Shown in pieces: positions 48,924-61,381 of a stretch of 64,000 nt of DNA. Source of the stretch: Naegleria gruberi (lineage: Eukaryota); NCBI GenBank assembly GCA_000004985.1, contig GG738871.1; one strand, 5' to 3'. A program made the position numbers and the translations under genes. Within the stretch, counting starts at the first letter, position 1; every line of letters starts with the position of its first letter. The notes beneath the pieces were generated by a model, which was given only the letters and a program-made list of their open reading frames with translations, had not been told where the DNA came from and did no database searches.

Positions 48924-51134
48924 TTATTCACTGAAACAATGGATGGACACATCAGTTAGGTAGGCCAGTTGAGGATAAAGAGAAAATTGAATAAATGACT
49001 TGTACCTTTTCATCAATTCCACAATGGTCAAATCTTCCAAAGATGCCAAATCTGTACTTGTTAATGAAATAAATGGTCGATGTCTTTGATTAGAATCTAC
49101 AAATATTAAATTTCTCAAACTCAACTTGGGATAGAGTTCATCAATGATTTGTTCCAATTTTTTTGGACTTTTAAATTTGGTTAGAATATCTACATAGTGA
49201 GGGGATGACAATGCAAATGCGGTAAGGTACTTGTAGATGAATGGATCTTTTAGTCTACTTCTGTAATTATCGAATATCTGGTTGATGGAATGTCTGAAAT
49301 ATTGATTAAACATGGAAATGTAGTTTTGCTCCTCTTTTTGACCTTTGTCCATTAGACAGCAAATGACTTGATTAAGGACAATTCTCAATTCTCGTGGATA
49401 AACTTGGGAAATATTGGTTGTAAATTCAACCAAGATTTTGTCTAGTAAATTCTTTGAGTTTTGATAATGTGAATCTGTGAGATATCTTGGATAATATATA
49501 ATCACTGCTTCCTTTCCTTCCTTAATCATATTGAAACATAGCTGGTATGATTTTATAATTGTATGGGTGGTGGTAGTGTGATTGGAAAGTTGTGCTTTCA
49601 GAATGTAGAAAATAGCTGAGAGGAATGGGCTATGATTTTCAATTTTGTGTTCATTAAAGTAACATTCCATACAGCATTTGACTAGTATTTCAAGTTTACC
49701 AATTTTTGGAATCATGTTGGTGGCTATAAAAGATCCAATTGAAGTATAGGGTATCAAAATGAAAGCCTTAAATGCTATGGATTCTAAAATATTTCTTTCA
49801 GTACTCTGACTTGGGTTGAACAAGATCAATTCGTCAGTCTTATCATAAAATAATTGTTTTTCACGTACTGATCTCATATATATTTCATGCAAACTAGCAT
49901 GTTTGAGTAGTTCATTAAAAAGATCCAATTCTTTGCTCTCAATAATTTCATGTTTAGAAAGTCTAAGTTTGAGCTTGTCTTCCTTACTGAATGTCCTATT
50001 GACGAGCAAAATCATGTCATTGTAATATGTGAAAAGATTTTCCGAGGTTGGTTGTTTCAGAGCTGAAATGAAACTTGCAGTGACAGCATGCAGAATTATG
50101 TAAAAATTTCGAGACATTCCTAAACAATTATAGTGTGTATGTGATGTGATACTGACTTTCATCTTTCTTGAAAAACATTCGAAAATTTTCTGTGCATATG
50201 TTGATTGAAGTTCTCTATTACCAATAGAAATCAAATAGTTCATTACAATATCTAATGTGAATACGGACCCATAGTGTTCATATTTGTGTAGAAACTCTCC
50301 ACTCTTTGCAGATTTACAAAAGAAGTACTTTGTAAATATATGAAGCAAAATTTCAAATAGATCCATTTCAGTATTTGGTAAATGATCTTCCTTGCTCAAG
50401 TCAAATTTGATTGAATCCATCACATCATAAACTTTACTAAAATTCACATCAACATCTTGTAATTTCAATGAAATAGATGCAGTCTTATAGAAATTCGTCT
50501 TTAAATACTGATATAATACATATTGAACATATGAATTTTCCATTTTCGAATTGAACTCAACAATCCAATCTTGTGAAACTCCACACTTTTCAAAATCAAT
50601 CACCAAATAAGCATAAAACAAGTATAAAACAATTGCATTAGCAATCGAAATCCAAAACGAAACCAATTTCCTTCTCTTCCTAATTTCCTCCACATCATTC
50701 AATAATATCCTATCCTCCCTAATCATGAAAATCAACTCATCCACAACAATCATCAATTTCTCAACTCTCTTCATCATGAATTCTTCTTCATCATTTCGAA
50801 TATCGGACTTTGGAAAAGCCTTTGTGATTTGCTTTCTAAAGAAAATATTTCCTTCCTTAGGATCACGAAATAAATTATTTCCAATTAATTCCTTGATAAT
50901 TCTGGCTGAAATTTCATCAAAGGAATTCTCTCCATCTTCTTCTTCTTCTTCTTCATTGATTAATAATAATTTTTCCCATTCAAAGGTAATTTTACAATAA
51001 TTGTAGTGTGATTTTTCGTTAATAGTTTCATCGGAATGATGATTTGATATGAAGTTAAAGAGTGATTGAATTATTTCTTGATCATCAAAAAATGTTTCCA
51101 ACTCGTCTATGAAGTGAAAATTGGAGGTTATCAT
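48924..51134 (-). CDS. Large hypothetical protein, about 737 aa.
   Basis: The ORF is long. The track start 51146 is TTG and the first ATG is at 51134 ('MITSNFHFIDELETFF'). There is an acidic stretch 'EEEEEEDGENSFDE' and an internal hydrophobic segment. No domain is recognised. Confidence 0.5.
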   Translation of the reverse strand: MITSNFHFIDELETFFDDQEIIQSLFNFISNHHSDETINEKSHYNYCKITFEWEKLLLINEEEEEEDGENSFDEISARIIKELIGNNLFRDPKEGNIFFRKQITKAFPKSDIRNDEEEFMMKRVEKLMIVVDELIFMIREDRILLNDVEEIRKRRKLVSFWISIANAIVLYLFYAYLVIDFEKCGVSQDWIVEFNSKMENSYVQYVLYQYLKTNFYKTASISLKLQDVDVNFSKVYDVMDSIKFDLSKEDHLPNTEMDLFEILLHIFTKYFFCKSAKSGEFLHKYEHYGSVFTLDIVMNYLISIGNRELQSTYAQKIFECFSRKMKVSITSHTHYNCLGMSRNFYIILHAVTASFISALKQPTSENLFTYYNDMILLVNRTFSKEDKLKLRLSKHEIIESKELDLFNELLKHASLHEIYMRSVREKQLFYDKTDELILFNPSQSTERNILESIAFKAFILIPYTSIGSFIATNMIPKIGKLEILVKCCMECYFNEHKIENHSPFLSAIFYILKAQLSNHTTTTHTIIKSYQLCFNMIKEGKEAVIIYYPRYLTDSHYQNSKNLLDKILVEFTTNISQVYPRELRIVLNQVICCLMDKGQKEEQNYISMFNQYFRHSINQIFDNYRSRLKDPFIYKYLTAFALSSPHYVDILTKFKSPKKLEQIIDELYPKLSLRNLIFVDSNQRHRPFISLTSTDLASLEDLTIVELMKRYKSFIQFSLYPQLAYLTDVSIHCFSE

Positions 51135-51862
51135 TGTTGTGATCAAAATTTTTGATTTTTTTTGAATTTTTTAAATATTATTGAAAATTACTTTTTGGTG
51201 AGGGAGACCATTTATAGGAGTATTGGGTTTACAACACACTACCTAACAGCATAAATAGTTATCAGATATTCTATAATAACAAGATCTTTACATAACAAAA
51301 TTGGAAGAAATGCATTTCATCTCCAAAACTAAACCAAACTAAACATTAGAATCACTGATTGTAAACTTCTTACAGTATTTTCTTACATTCCAATTCCCAT
51401 TTAGAACGTTTGCTGTTCTTCCTTACGAAATCCTTGACGGCAAGACAAATCGCATCACAACTCGAGATAATCTAAAGAAATTCCCATCCGGTTTGGTTTT
51501 TCTAGAGTTCCTCAACGATAACCTCTCTCGTAATCAAATATTTGATTTTTCTTGAAGTTTTCCTTTCCCTCATACATTTACAAATAACCCCCAACACTAT
51601 CTTGCACATCATTTATCCATCACAACAACAATAATCACGCATTTTGTATTTTAGTCTTTGTTCCGTTGGAATCAGTGCAGGACTCAGTTTTCTGTTGATT
51701 TCTTGCTCATTTTTGTTAAGAAATAAGAGAATAGAACTTGCAAATTTCATTTGCTCAAACCAAAAACTAAAAAAAAAGTCATCGCAACAACAAGTTTGCG
51801 AATTCAAAATATTAAAACTCTCTCTAACGTGTTTTTGGCATTTTTCAATTAAACTCAGCAAA

Positions 51863-54370
51863 ATGTCAACAATCAAATCATCAAGTAATAACTATTGTAT
51901 AAATGTGTTGATGGTAATGATCATGATTATCATTTCTACCATCATCACATTAGCCGATTGTCAAACAAGTATTAGTATTCCTTTTGATACAACAATTACA
52001 AATGTCTCTCCAAGAATAAGTATTCCTCAGAATTCAGAAGCATACAAGGTAGAAAATTGGGTTGCCTATGGTATTTATCTTGGTATTGTTTTCCTTGTTA
52101 TTCTGGCAATAGGTGTTATATTCTACTTTGTTGCTATTTGCTTCTTTTGCTTTAGATTGTGTGGTTTATGTGGTGGTTGTAAGCCAAAGGTAAGTAATTC
52201 ATGTTGTAAATTCATGCATTATGAACAATTGTTGTTGATACATATCAATTAACCTCCTTCCGAATCCTCCTAATCAACAATTATTATTTATTCGAAACTA
52301 TCAATAATAATATTCTAATGCCTGATTTGGAAATTGGATAACTATGAAACTTTGTGTCGAATTGAATCATTGTAGAAAAAAGGATCTTCTCGTCCATATA
52401 GAAAGAAGGACATGTTAATCCCAGCTATATTGACCATGATTATGTATATTGTTATTTTGGTCTTGGGTATTTTGGGAATAATCTTCTCTGCATTATTCTC
52501 TGTAAATGTTCGTACATTGGTGAAAGAGACCAGAAGTGTAATTTCAGGTGTTAATGGTACAATTAATGGTGTTTCTAGTTTGGGAACTAGTGCTGAATCA
52601 AATATTCCAATTTTGGTCAATGGATTTAGCTCAATTTTGACAGATGCTGAGCAATTTGCCACTCCAATTAATAATATGACCAACACTGTTCAATCTGGTA
52701 TTAATGCCATGGTGTTTATCAATAGTACAACTGCTCCTAAGATTTATGCAGATGTTGAAAATGTTAGAGCTGATTTGAGAATTTTGTACAATAATAGTCG
52801 TTTGAGTGGTGTTCCAAATCCAGATACTGCCATTCCAAATGTTCAGTCACAAGTTGAAGCTGGTATTAATACTGGTGTTTCTTATCTTGAACAAGGTAAG
52901 ACCACTATTGCTGGTGCCAAGACAACCTTAGATAACACCATCTCTACAACTCGTTCAACCATCAACTCAACTGTCTATGATACTGTCAAGGGAAGTGTTA
53001 TTAACACTTTGAATTCAGTCACTAGCCAAATTTCTGGTATTAACAACATGATTAATCAATATGCTCCTTCCACTACTATTGATGAAGCTCAAACTATTAT
53101 TTATAGTGTTGAAAATGCAAGAATTTCTCTCGTTACCATCTTTTTCGTATGGTGTGCCTTTTTGTACATTTTTGCATTGCTTGGTATTTGCTGTAAAAAG
53201 GCCATTCTTGTGGAAATTACTTCATGTTGTACTTGTGCCACTGCTTGGTTATTCTTTTTGGTTGCTTCTCTCCAAATTCCAATCTTTATTCTGGTTAATG
53301 ATTTGTGTAAGACTGCTCCAGGTACTGTCTTGTATATGTCTGATGATGTTGGTGGTCCAGTTCTCGCTAGCACTGGTTTCAATATCACTGTCAATGCCTC
53401 TGTTATCATTCAAAGAGTTGCCAACTGTTCTGGAGATCAAAACTTTATCACTAGTGCTTTGGGTAATGATTATTTGACTTCATTGGGTCTTTCAAGCATG
53501 TTATCATCTGCAACTGGATCTATCAAGGGACAACTTGATAGTTTTAACATTTCTTCAACTGTTGATAGTGCCAAAGATTTGATTTTACAAGCTAATATTA
53601 CAAACATCAAGACAGACTACTCTGCTGACGTATTTGATGCACAAACCAAGTTGAATACGGCCATAGCCCAATTATCAAGCATTGAAAGTTACAGCGGATT
53701 TTCAATGAAAAATGTTACAAATGCATTGGATGAATTGAATGCATACACTACTCAATACGGATATTATTATACATTGGCAAACATTACCTTGCTTGATCCT
53801 GACTCCAGTCCATTCAACGTTACTGAAACTTCTCGAAACAAAACTCGTGACGAAAAGGATCAAGTCTTGACATTATTACAAATCTATAATGAGACAATGA
53901 CTGAAGTGAATGCTGTCAATGCCACTCTTAACAGTGTTAAGACTGGTCTCAGTACTTTATACAATGATTTTGTTCTCCTTTCTTCTGAAATTGCTCCAGT
54001 CAAGGCATTGCCAACTACTCTTGTTGATCAATTAACATCATTGGCAAATTCTGTAATAGCATTTGTGAATGGATTGAAAACAAGTATTGACAGTTTAGTT
54101 ATATCAGTGCTGACAAGCTACATTAACGCAACACTAAAAGATTCACTAGGATGTGCATATGTGGGAACCTATGTCAGTACCATCAACTCTACAGTTTGTT
54201 ATGGAATGACCAATCAAACTTTCTTAACTGGTCTCTTCTCCATCATGATTGGTGTAGCAATGATTATTCTGTTCTTCATTCTCATTATTCTTGGTAAGAG
54301 AATTAGATATCAAGCTCGTAAGGGAGAAGACACTGGTACCGATACTGTCGAAATGGATATGCATCACTAA
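51863..54370 (+). CDS. Prominin-like pentaspan membrane glycoprotein. Two exons (51863..52189 and 52376..54370) with a 186-nt GTAAGT..TGTAG intron.
   Basis: The topology is signal/TM1 'VAYGIYLGIVFLVILAIGVIFYFVAICFF', then the Cys-rich juxtamembrane 'CFRLCGLCGGCKPK|KKGSS', then TM2 'LIPAILTMIMYIVILVLGILGIIF'. A ~220-aa N-glycosylated loop follows, then TM3/TM4 'LVTIFFVWCAFLYIFALLGICC...AWLFFLVASLQIPIFILV', a ~300-aa loop, and TM5 'LFSIMIGVAMIILFFILIILG' with a short basic tail. This matches the prominin (CD133) 5-TM, two-large-loop architecture. A stop codon lies immediately 5' of the acceptor in frame, which fixes the exon 2 boundary. Both exons are in phase 0. Confidence 0.55.
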
Positions 54371-54688
54371 GAATATATAAATATTCAATCTGTATAAACT
54401 AGTTACAAAATACTACCTCCAACTCATGGAAAAGTTTTGAGTACTAAGCATTTTTTCAAAGATCTCAACATTAATAAAAAATAGAACGAAACTCTAAAGG
54501 ATCGTCACAATTAAACTGGACTCTGAAACGTAACACCTTCAACCTTTTCAACAATCTTCTTATTGTTCAAGATTGTGAATAAAGTTCCCTTGTCCAAACG
54601 TGATTGAATAATCTTCGTCAAATTCATTGTAATTTAAATAGAAAGCAAATTGATCTGCTATGAGAATCAAAAAGAAATAAACAACGAC

Positions 54689-56738
54689 ATGCTAGCAGCA
54701 GTATTATCAACTTTAACCGTCGTCGGCTTAAAATCCTCGAGTGAAAGAAAACCAACAATTGCATTACCAGATTGTGCAAGTCATCATTTGGATACAGATG
54801 GAGCTCAAAGACAGCAACAACGTTACCATCATGAAGTCATGCTGACGATGAAGGCAACAACAACTGCTTGTGGTCATAGAATGGGAAGTAGGAGGTGTCT
54901 AGGAAGATATTCTCCAATACCAACCAGTTTGTTGGATTGTACATTGGGATGTAGGGATATTGTGATGGAGATTATGAAGTTTATTAGTGATGAGGAATTA
55001 CTTGATCATTTGATGAGATATTTGGTGAGTTTTCCTGATTTGGTAAATGTGGAAAATTGTCTTCCTATTGTAATGCAAAGAAGAGTTTGGTATTGTAACA
55101 ATCAATTGCACATGGACTTTTTGAGTGAATGTGTTCAAAATGTTCCAACCATGAACAATACTGAACTAATCTTGGGGTTTTCTCAATTTCCACCACAATT
55201 CTCTTCCTTCATTGAAAAGTTCTGTTTCGTTCATTTAAATAACATTTCAACTACAAAAAGACAATTGATTGAGTTGATGAATGCCACTACAAGCAAGATC
55301 CAACGCTTAAAGTTTACAAATTTTAAATTCAAAGATCCTGAAACTGAATTACCATCCACAAGAACTTTCAACATTTCACCAAATTTGAAAACGCTTTCGT
55401 TTAATATTGATTGGTCAACCATTTTCCAATTTTGTAAAAAGAATAGTGAAACTAGTACACTTCAATTTTCATCATTAAATTCAGAGTTAAAGAAAGAAAT
55501 TGAGAACCCAATAGTTCTCTTTCCAACCATTTGGATTTAAATTCTTCCAACATTGATGAATTGGGCTTTAATGATTCAGTTAGCGTTAGTGATAAATTGC
55601 TAATTTCTCTAATTGGGCCCAAGTTGACCAGACTCTCACTAGCGAGACCATTATTGAACCTTTCTGAAATTGCTCCAAATCTTGAATATTGTGAGATGAA
55701 CATCTTCCCAGAACATCCAATAGAAACAACCACTCTCTGTGTCAAATACCCTTTACTGTGGTATTCTCAAATCTTCCATCTCAAAAAGTTAAGAAAATCA
55801 TTATTGTGAAATTGTTAACTTTTGCAGAAAAAGAAGAGAAGAAAAATTTGAGATTTTTATTGTCTAGAATGTTAGTTTGCTATCCTAATTGTGAAGAGTT
55901 GATTATTCCAGAGTCTTACTTGAAGTTGGTAAATGAATCTGACTTGAATGAAGAAGAAATTCAGAGCTCATTGAAGAGGATTATTATCAAACATTCCAAT
56001 TCCACGCAACCATCCAAGTATGGAACACTTAAATTTGCATTGCAAGGTTTCTTCTCAAAGGCAACTATATCATTTGATGAAATTAGAAAGGATGAACTCC
56101 AATTCGCAACTCTTCCTTCCAGCAATAGAACTATCATAGTTGACTGTTATGAAGATGTACTTTTCAAAAAAATTGAAAGTACTGAAAAGCATTTCAAAGT
56201 TATGGACAATTCTCTCATTAAGAATCGTATTAGAAACATGAAGATTGAATTCGCTCAATGCATTATTTCTAACAACTATTCAAAATTTGCAATCATTGAT
56301 AATTCCTTGAATATGTTAGAAGGATTGAAGCGTAACAAAGAGCTCATGCTCCAAACAATTCATCAAGCCATTGAAAACTATCATGATATCTTTACCAATG
56401 ACCAATTATATCAAGAAATTACTGAAAGATTTGATGCTTGCTTATCAACCATTGAAGGAGAATACTTTAGCGAATTTCACTTCTCTAAATATTATAGTGA
56501 ATTGGAAACTCTCTTCCACCAAATGGTTCAAGTCATTGAGGATAATGGCTATCCATCAAAAGTTCTATTCAATGAACAATGGTTCAACGAGCAAATTGTT
56601 GAGCTGTATGGTTATCAAAGTGAAGAAGTTCAAGTTTACGAAGACTCACAGGAAGAAATGGAGAAGGCAATCTTTGCTTTAATGTTAGATGAAGAAGAAA
56701 CAGTGGATATTGAAATTGATGATTGTGAAATGGAGTAA
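54689..56738 (+). CDS. Hypothetical protein encoded by three consecutive ORFs in different frames (54650..55540, 55531..55809, 55758..56738). It is probably one gene with unresolved short introns or frameshifts.
   Basis: The three long ORFs are on the same strand and abut or overlap with frame shifts of +2 and +2. The C-terminal ORF ends in an acidic tail 'DEEETVDIEIDDCEME'. The first ATG is at 54689. No domain is recognised. Confidence 0.35.
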
Positions 56739-57099
56739 TATGATTAACAAAATTAGTTTTTCTAATTATTTGCGTAGTTTCGGATCTCCCCCATGATTTC
56801 ATTGGTAAAGTTTATTAATTATTATCCTATTGGAAAATCCAGACGAAATCAAGACAATCAAGATTGAAGAAGTAAAGAAATAAAATTAAACTCAATTCAG
56901 TTATTTTCCAGTACTTTTACAACAGATGTAATTTATGATGTTAGAGTCCTTTCAAAACCTCAATAACAAAATTTCAATTTTCAATTATGAATTCCCTCAA
57001 AACCTTTCTAACCAATTTTTCCCGCCTTTTTTTTGAAAATCATTGAGGTTCCATGATGAGGCTTTGCGGGAGCGCCAAATATTTGCACTCTTAAAAAAA

Positions 57100-59117
57100 A
57101 TGAAGCAAGGCTCCAGGCTCAGTGAGGCCATACAACTCTTCTTTAAAGATGGTGCTGTTCATGCGAATAGGCAGGATATTGCCATGATCGATATTGTTAA
57201 TTCAACCTTTCATTCGATAAAAAGGTTGTTTTTAAGCCAGAATAAAATCAAACACTTGCACGGCATGAGCCAATTTAAGGATTTGAGGATACTTTCACTG
57301 TCTTATAATTATATAGAAGATTTTAGGGAATTAAAGTACATTCCGGCATCGGTAGAGAATTTATCTCTAGAAGGGAATCCGATATCAAACCATCCTAATT
57401 ACCGACTAAATGTTATTGAAAATATACCACAATTGAAAATACTAGATACAAAACCGATTAAGGATTCGGAGAGAAAGGATATTCATGAAGCCAATCAATT
57501 GGCTGATTATATTCCTAAATTGTTGTTTGCCTTGGACAAACTCTGTTCCAAGACTTACAAGGACCTTGTAATGCTTGGAGCACAGGTAGAACAGTACAGA
57601 AAATATGGCAATCTCTCTCCGAACAATGTAGAAAATGAATTTGAATTTAGTTTTCCATCTTATATACCCAAGAATGGAGAATATAAGCGATGTGTCAAGA
57701 GAATACCTCCACTCTCTGATGTTAAGGATACTAGGATAACTGTTGAGGGTGTAAGAAATTTAGCAAGAAATATGTTCGATGAAACTCTGATAAACTCCAC
57801 TCTTGACGAATGCAACAATGTTGCAGAATTGGAATTGGATCGTTTCAAATTGGAACTAAAGGAATCGATTGTAAAACAATATAAGGAAGTTAAAAAGTAT
57901 GCAAATGCTGTTGCATGCTTGGAAAAGGAACAAAAATTTGTTGTATATTCTGGAGATCAAACACAATTGTACATATTTATCAAGTGCATGGTTCAAGTTG
58001 CCAATCAATTATGTAAGTATAATTGATAATAATAATAATAACCAATAATCAAGTTGAAAGAGAAAATGAACGAGAACGATTGATGACCTATTTGAAATAT
58101 TGTGAAGCAAACATGCCAAAGCCAGTAGTGAAAGAAGGAACCAACAAAACTCCAACTCCAATTCTTCAACCAACACTAGACAAACCTAAAGTAGAACGCT
58201 CTGAAAAGGAACAAACCTGTACAAGTCAAATCAGTAAACCACAAGATGAAACCCCTAGGTATCAAAGAAATGATTCATCGAATGGTTCAATAGAAGATGA
58301 CGATACAGTGGTGATTTCAGAAGATCAACTCACGAGCCCAGAAAAGAGCAGGACGATAAGCGTGACTACTGCTCCTGATTCACTCCTTGAAGATAATGCC
58401 TTTTTCCTTACCAAATCCACGGCCCTTCACTATAAGAAATGGAACAAGCTATTCTCAAAAGCAAAAACTAGTATTAGTGTACAGGAATGTGGTGGTGATG
58501 AACAGGAAGCTGAGAGGAGGGCAGATGAATACAGAAATCAAAAGCTAAAATCAAAAGTTCTAGATTCTCTCAAATACTACAAAGATAAGAAACAAGAATA
58601 TAGAGCTCATTATGAGAAAAAGCGAAAATTGAAAAATATCAAAGCTAGGTCTTTTTATGTCAAATCTTTGCAGAGCAAAGCTTTTACTGCACTAGTTCAA
58701 AACACTCAAAGAAGACAAAACTTTAAGCGAGCAATAAGAATTCTAAGAAAGGTAAGATACGAGCTGATAATGAAGAAGTTCTTCGACTCCTGGAGATCTC
58801 TCCTTCTAAGGTGTAGTGATATTAGACCTCTCACTGCACCACCAAAACCACAGGCATTGTACGATAGTGATAAGGAGAAGCCAACAACACGAGAAGAATC
58901 AAGTAAGAATAAGTATTATAGGAGAAAAGATAGGCCGCAATCTGCTGGGAATGCTCTGACAAAACAGAAAGACAAGGAAAATGAGGCAGAACAAAATGGA
59001 TACAAGCAAAAACATCGATATAAGGAAAAAACTGAAGTAGATGGTCCAGTTTATGTTAAGAAGGAAAAGAGGAGGCGAAAAACAGTTGTAATGTTGTCGG
59101 TGGCTAGTAATTTCTAA
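57100..59117 (+). CDS. Leucine-rich-repeat (SDS22/LRRcap-type) plus long charged coiled-coil protein, possibly centrosomal or ciliary LRRC-like. Two exons (57100..58012 and 58054..59117) with a 41-nt GTAAGT..CAAG intron.
   Basis: The LRRs are 'IKRLFLSQNKIKHLHGMSQFKDLRILSLSYNYIEDFRELKYIPASVENLSLEGNPIS'. Exon 1 ends '...ANQL' in phase 1. Exon 2 begins '(F)ERENERERLMTYLKYCEANMPK...' and continues as a K/R/E-rich coiled coil. The upstream in-frame TTG ORF from 57043 may add N-terminal residues. Confidence 0.55.
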
Positions 59118-59144
59118 GTAAATACTTAATAGTTCACAGAATTT

Positions 59145-61157
59145 TTATTCTTCAGATTCTTGTCCTCCTCCTATTGGTTGATCTGATTTTTTCTTATCAG
59201 GCTTTTGAGCTGCAGAAGGATGTTGAGCTAATTCTTCTGGAACAGTATTCTTAGTAGACTCGAGCATTTTCTTCAAATCATACATGATTTCAGTATCATC
59301 TTTTGTGAGGAAAGAAACAGCCCTACCTGTTCTACCAGCACGACCAGTTCTACCAATTCTGTGAGTGTAAGCAGAGATGGTTTTTGGAAGAGAATAGTTT
59401 ACAACCAATGTCACACCACTAATATCAATACCTCTACCCAAAACATCAGTTGCCACTATAACATCAAATTTACCTGATTTGAATGCCTCAAGAGCAGAAT
59501 TACGTGCCTCTTGTGATTTGTTACCATGAATAGATGTTGATCTGAATCCTGCATTTGATACAAACTTGGCAATCGCATCAACTTCCTTCTTCAAATTACA
59601 AAATACAATAACAGGTGGATCTGCATCATATAAGAGTTCCAATAATTTGTCTCTCTTGGCATTTTCATGTTTGATCCACATGACTTCTTGTTCAATACGT
59701 TCAACTGCCCTACCAACTTCACCTACAGCCACAGTAACTCTCTTTTTGAGATATTTCATGGCAATGTTCTCAACTTCTGGAGGCATGGTTGCACTAAATA
59801 ACATGGTTTGTCTTTGAATATGGGTTGGCATATTTTCCAAAATTGTATTTACATCCTTTTCAAAATTCATTTCAATCATTTTGTCTGCTTCATCCAAAAC
59901 TATAAAATGACATTGATTGAGAACAACAATTGAGTTATTCAAGCAGTCAATGAGACGACCTGGTGTGGCCACTAGAATTTCACATCCTCCTCTAATTAAT
60001 CTACTTTGTTTTTCAATACTGACACCACCAATAATTGCCTGCACTCTAAATTCGAATTGTCTGGCATATTTAGTGGCTTCTCTCTCGATTTGTTCAGCCA
60101 ATTCACGAGTTGGTACTAGAATCAGGCCATACGGACCATCTTTAGCAATCTCGTCATTCATTCTAGGTAATTTAGCAATTTGACAACACATTGGAATGAT
60201 ATACGATGCTGTCTTACCGGAACCTGTTTCAGCAAGCCCAACAAGATCGATACCATTCATGGCAATAGGAATACATTGTTTTTGTACAGCTGTTGGCTCT
60301 TTAAACTTTAAATCTGTAATGGCATTAATAATTTCTAGTGGAAGTAGTGTTGTTTCATCCCAAGATCTTAGTGGAGGTGGAACCCTTCCTCCCTTAACAA
60401 CGATATCAAAGTCCTCTCTGAAAATTCTCCAATCTCTGTCAGTCATTTCATTAACTGATTTCTCAGTCCAATTTCTTTCATCCTCAATTTTATCTTTACG
60501 AATCTTTTTCTTTTGATTATTTTTCACAGTAGAATGAGAAGAGGAGATTATTGAATTCTTATCAGTTGTGTCATCCTTTTCATCCCACTCAAAGGAAATT
60601 TTAGTTTTTTCATTGGTTCTTTGCATTCTCTTTTTGGTTGCCTTTTTTTCTGTATAACTCGATTTAATTTCATCAATTTCACTTTTATCCATCAATTCCA
60701 AAGGATCAATAATATTAATCGATTGCAAATTAGAAAATTGACTAGTTTTTGTTTGTTCTTCCTTCTTTTCATCGGTTTGTTTGATTCTACTGGAAATGTC
60801 AATTTTTCTCTCCTTTTTAGAGATAAAAACTGGCTTATCCTCATCCTCATTATTGTTTTTCTTTTCCAATTCCTCTATTGTTGGAGGTAATGTTCTTTTC
60901 AATCGATTGATAGTCTCCTCCGTTGAAGATGACGACGATATATTATCATGTTTGATCAGTGATTCAGTCACTCCATTGTTAGTATTAGTGCCATTATTAC
61001 TATTAGAAATTTGTCCATTACTCTCACCATTCACAGATTTGGTTGATGATGTTCCTGTTACTGATGATGAATTAGGAACTACCGAAGACAATTGTTTCGA
61101 AGGAGGATTCGTTGAACCCGGATTGTTCATCAACTTTTGCAGTAGCAATCTATTCAT
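59145..61157 (-). CDS. DEAD-box RNA helicase of the DDX23/Prp28 (U5 snRNP 100 kDa) type.
   Basis: The N-terminus has a charged/Ser-rich region. The core shows 'AETGSGKTASY' (motif I), 'PTRELAEQI' (Ia), 'LDEADKM' (DEAD), 'SAT' (III) and 'HRIGRTGRAG' (VI). The protein is 670 aa and starts at ATG 61157. Confidence 0.88.
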   Translation of the reverse strand: MNRLLLQKLMNNPGSTNPPSKQLSSVVPNSSSVTGTSSTKSVNGESNGQISNSNNGTNTNNGVTESLIKHDNISSSSSTEETINRLKRTLPPTIEELEKKNNNEDEDKPVFISKKERKIDISSRIKQTDEKKEEQTKTSQFSNLQSINIIDPLELMDKSEIDEIKSSYTEKKATKKRMQRTNEKTKISFEWDEKDDTTDKNSIISSSHSTVKNNQKKKIRKDKIEDERNWTEKSVNEMTDRDWRIFREDFDIVVKGGRVPPPLRSWDETTLLPLEIINAITDLKFKEPTAVQKQCIPIAMNGIDLVGLAETGSGKTASYIIPMCCQIAKLPRMNDEIAKDGPYGLILVPTRELAEQIEREATKYARQFEFRVQAIIGGVSIEKQSRLIRGGCEILVATPGRLIDCLNNSIVVLNQCHFIVLDEADKMIEMNFEKDVNTILENMPTHIQRQTMLFSATMPPEVENIAMKYLKKRVTVAVGEVGRAVERIEQEVMWIKHENAKRDKLLELLYDADPPVIVFCNLKKEVDAIAKFVSNAGFRSTSIHGNKSQEARNSALEAFKSGKFDVIVATDVLGRGIDISGVTLVVNYSLPKTISAYTHRIGRTGRAGRTGRAVSFLTKDDTEIMYDLKKMLESTKNTVPEELAQHPSAAQKPDKKKSDQPIGGGQESEE

Positions 61158-61381
61158 TTTTTTATTTATTATTATATTGATCAGTACTAATTTAAATTAT
61201 TAGTATTGTTATTGTTTGCTACAGGTTAAGTTGTTAATTAATGAAGAATTGGAGAGTGAGTCATTTGTGAGTGGCACAGAACAGTATGCAACCTTACAAT
61301 TGCAATCTTCCGAAGGAATATTAACTCCCTCTGGAATGTTTCGTTATTATACATTAAATTCTGTAAAGTCAGCATGACCAC

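Noticed and set aside
53061-53477. A 138-aa ORF and antisense ORFs inside the prominin-like gene
   Set aside because: They are alternative-frame or antisense readings within a long, well-supported exon. They are hydrophobic low-complexity artefacts.
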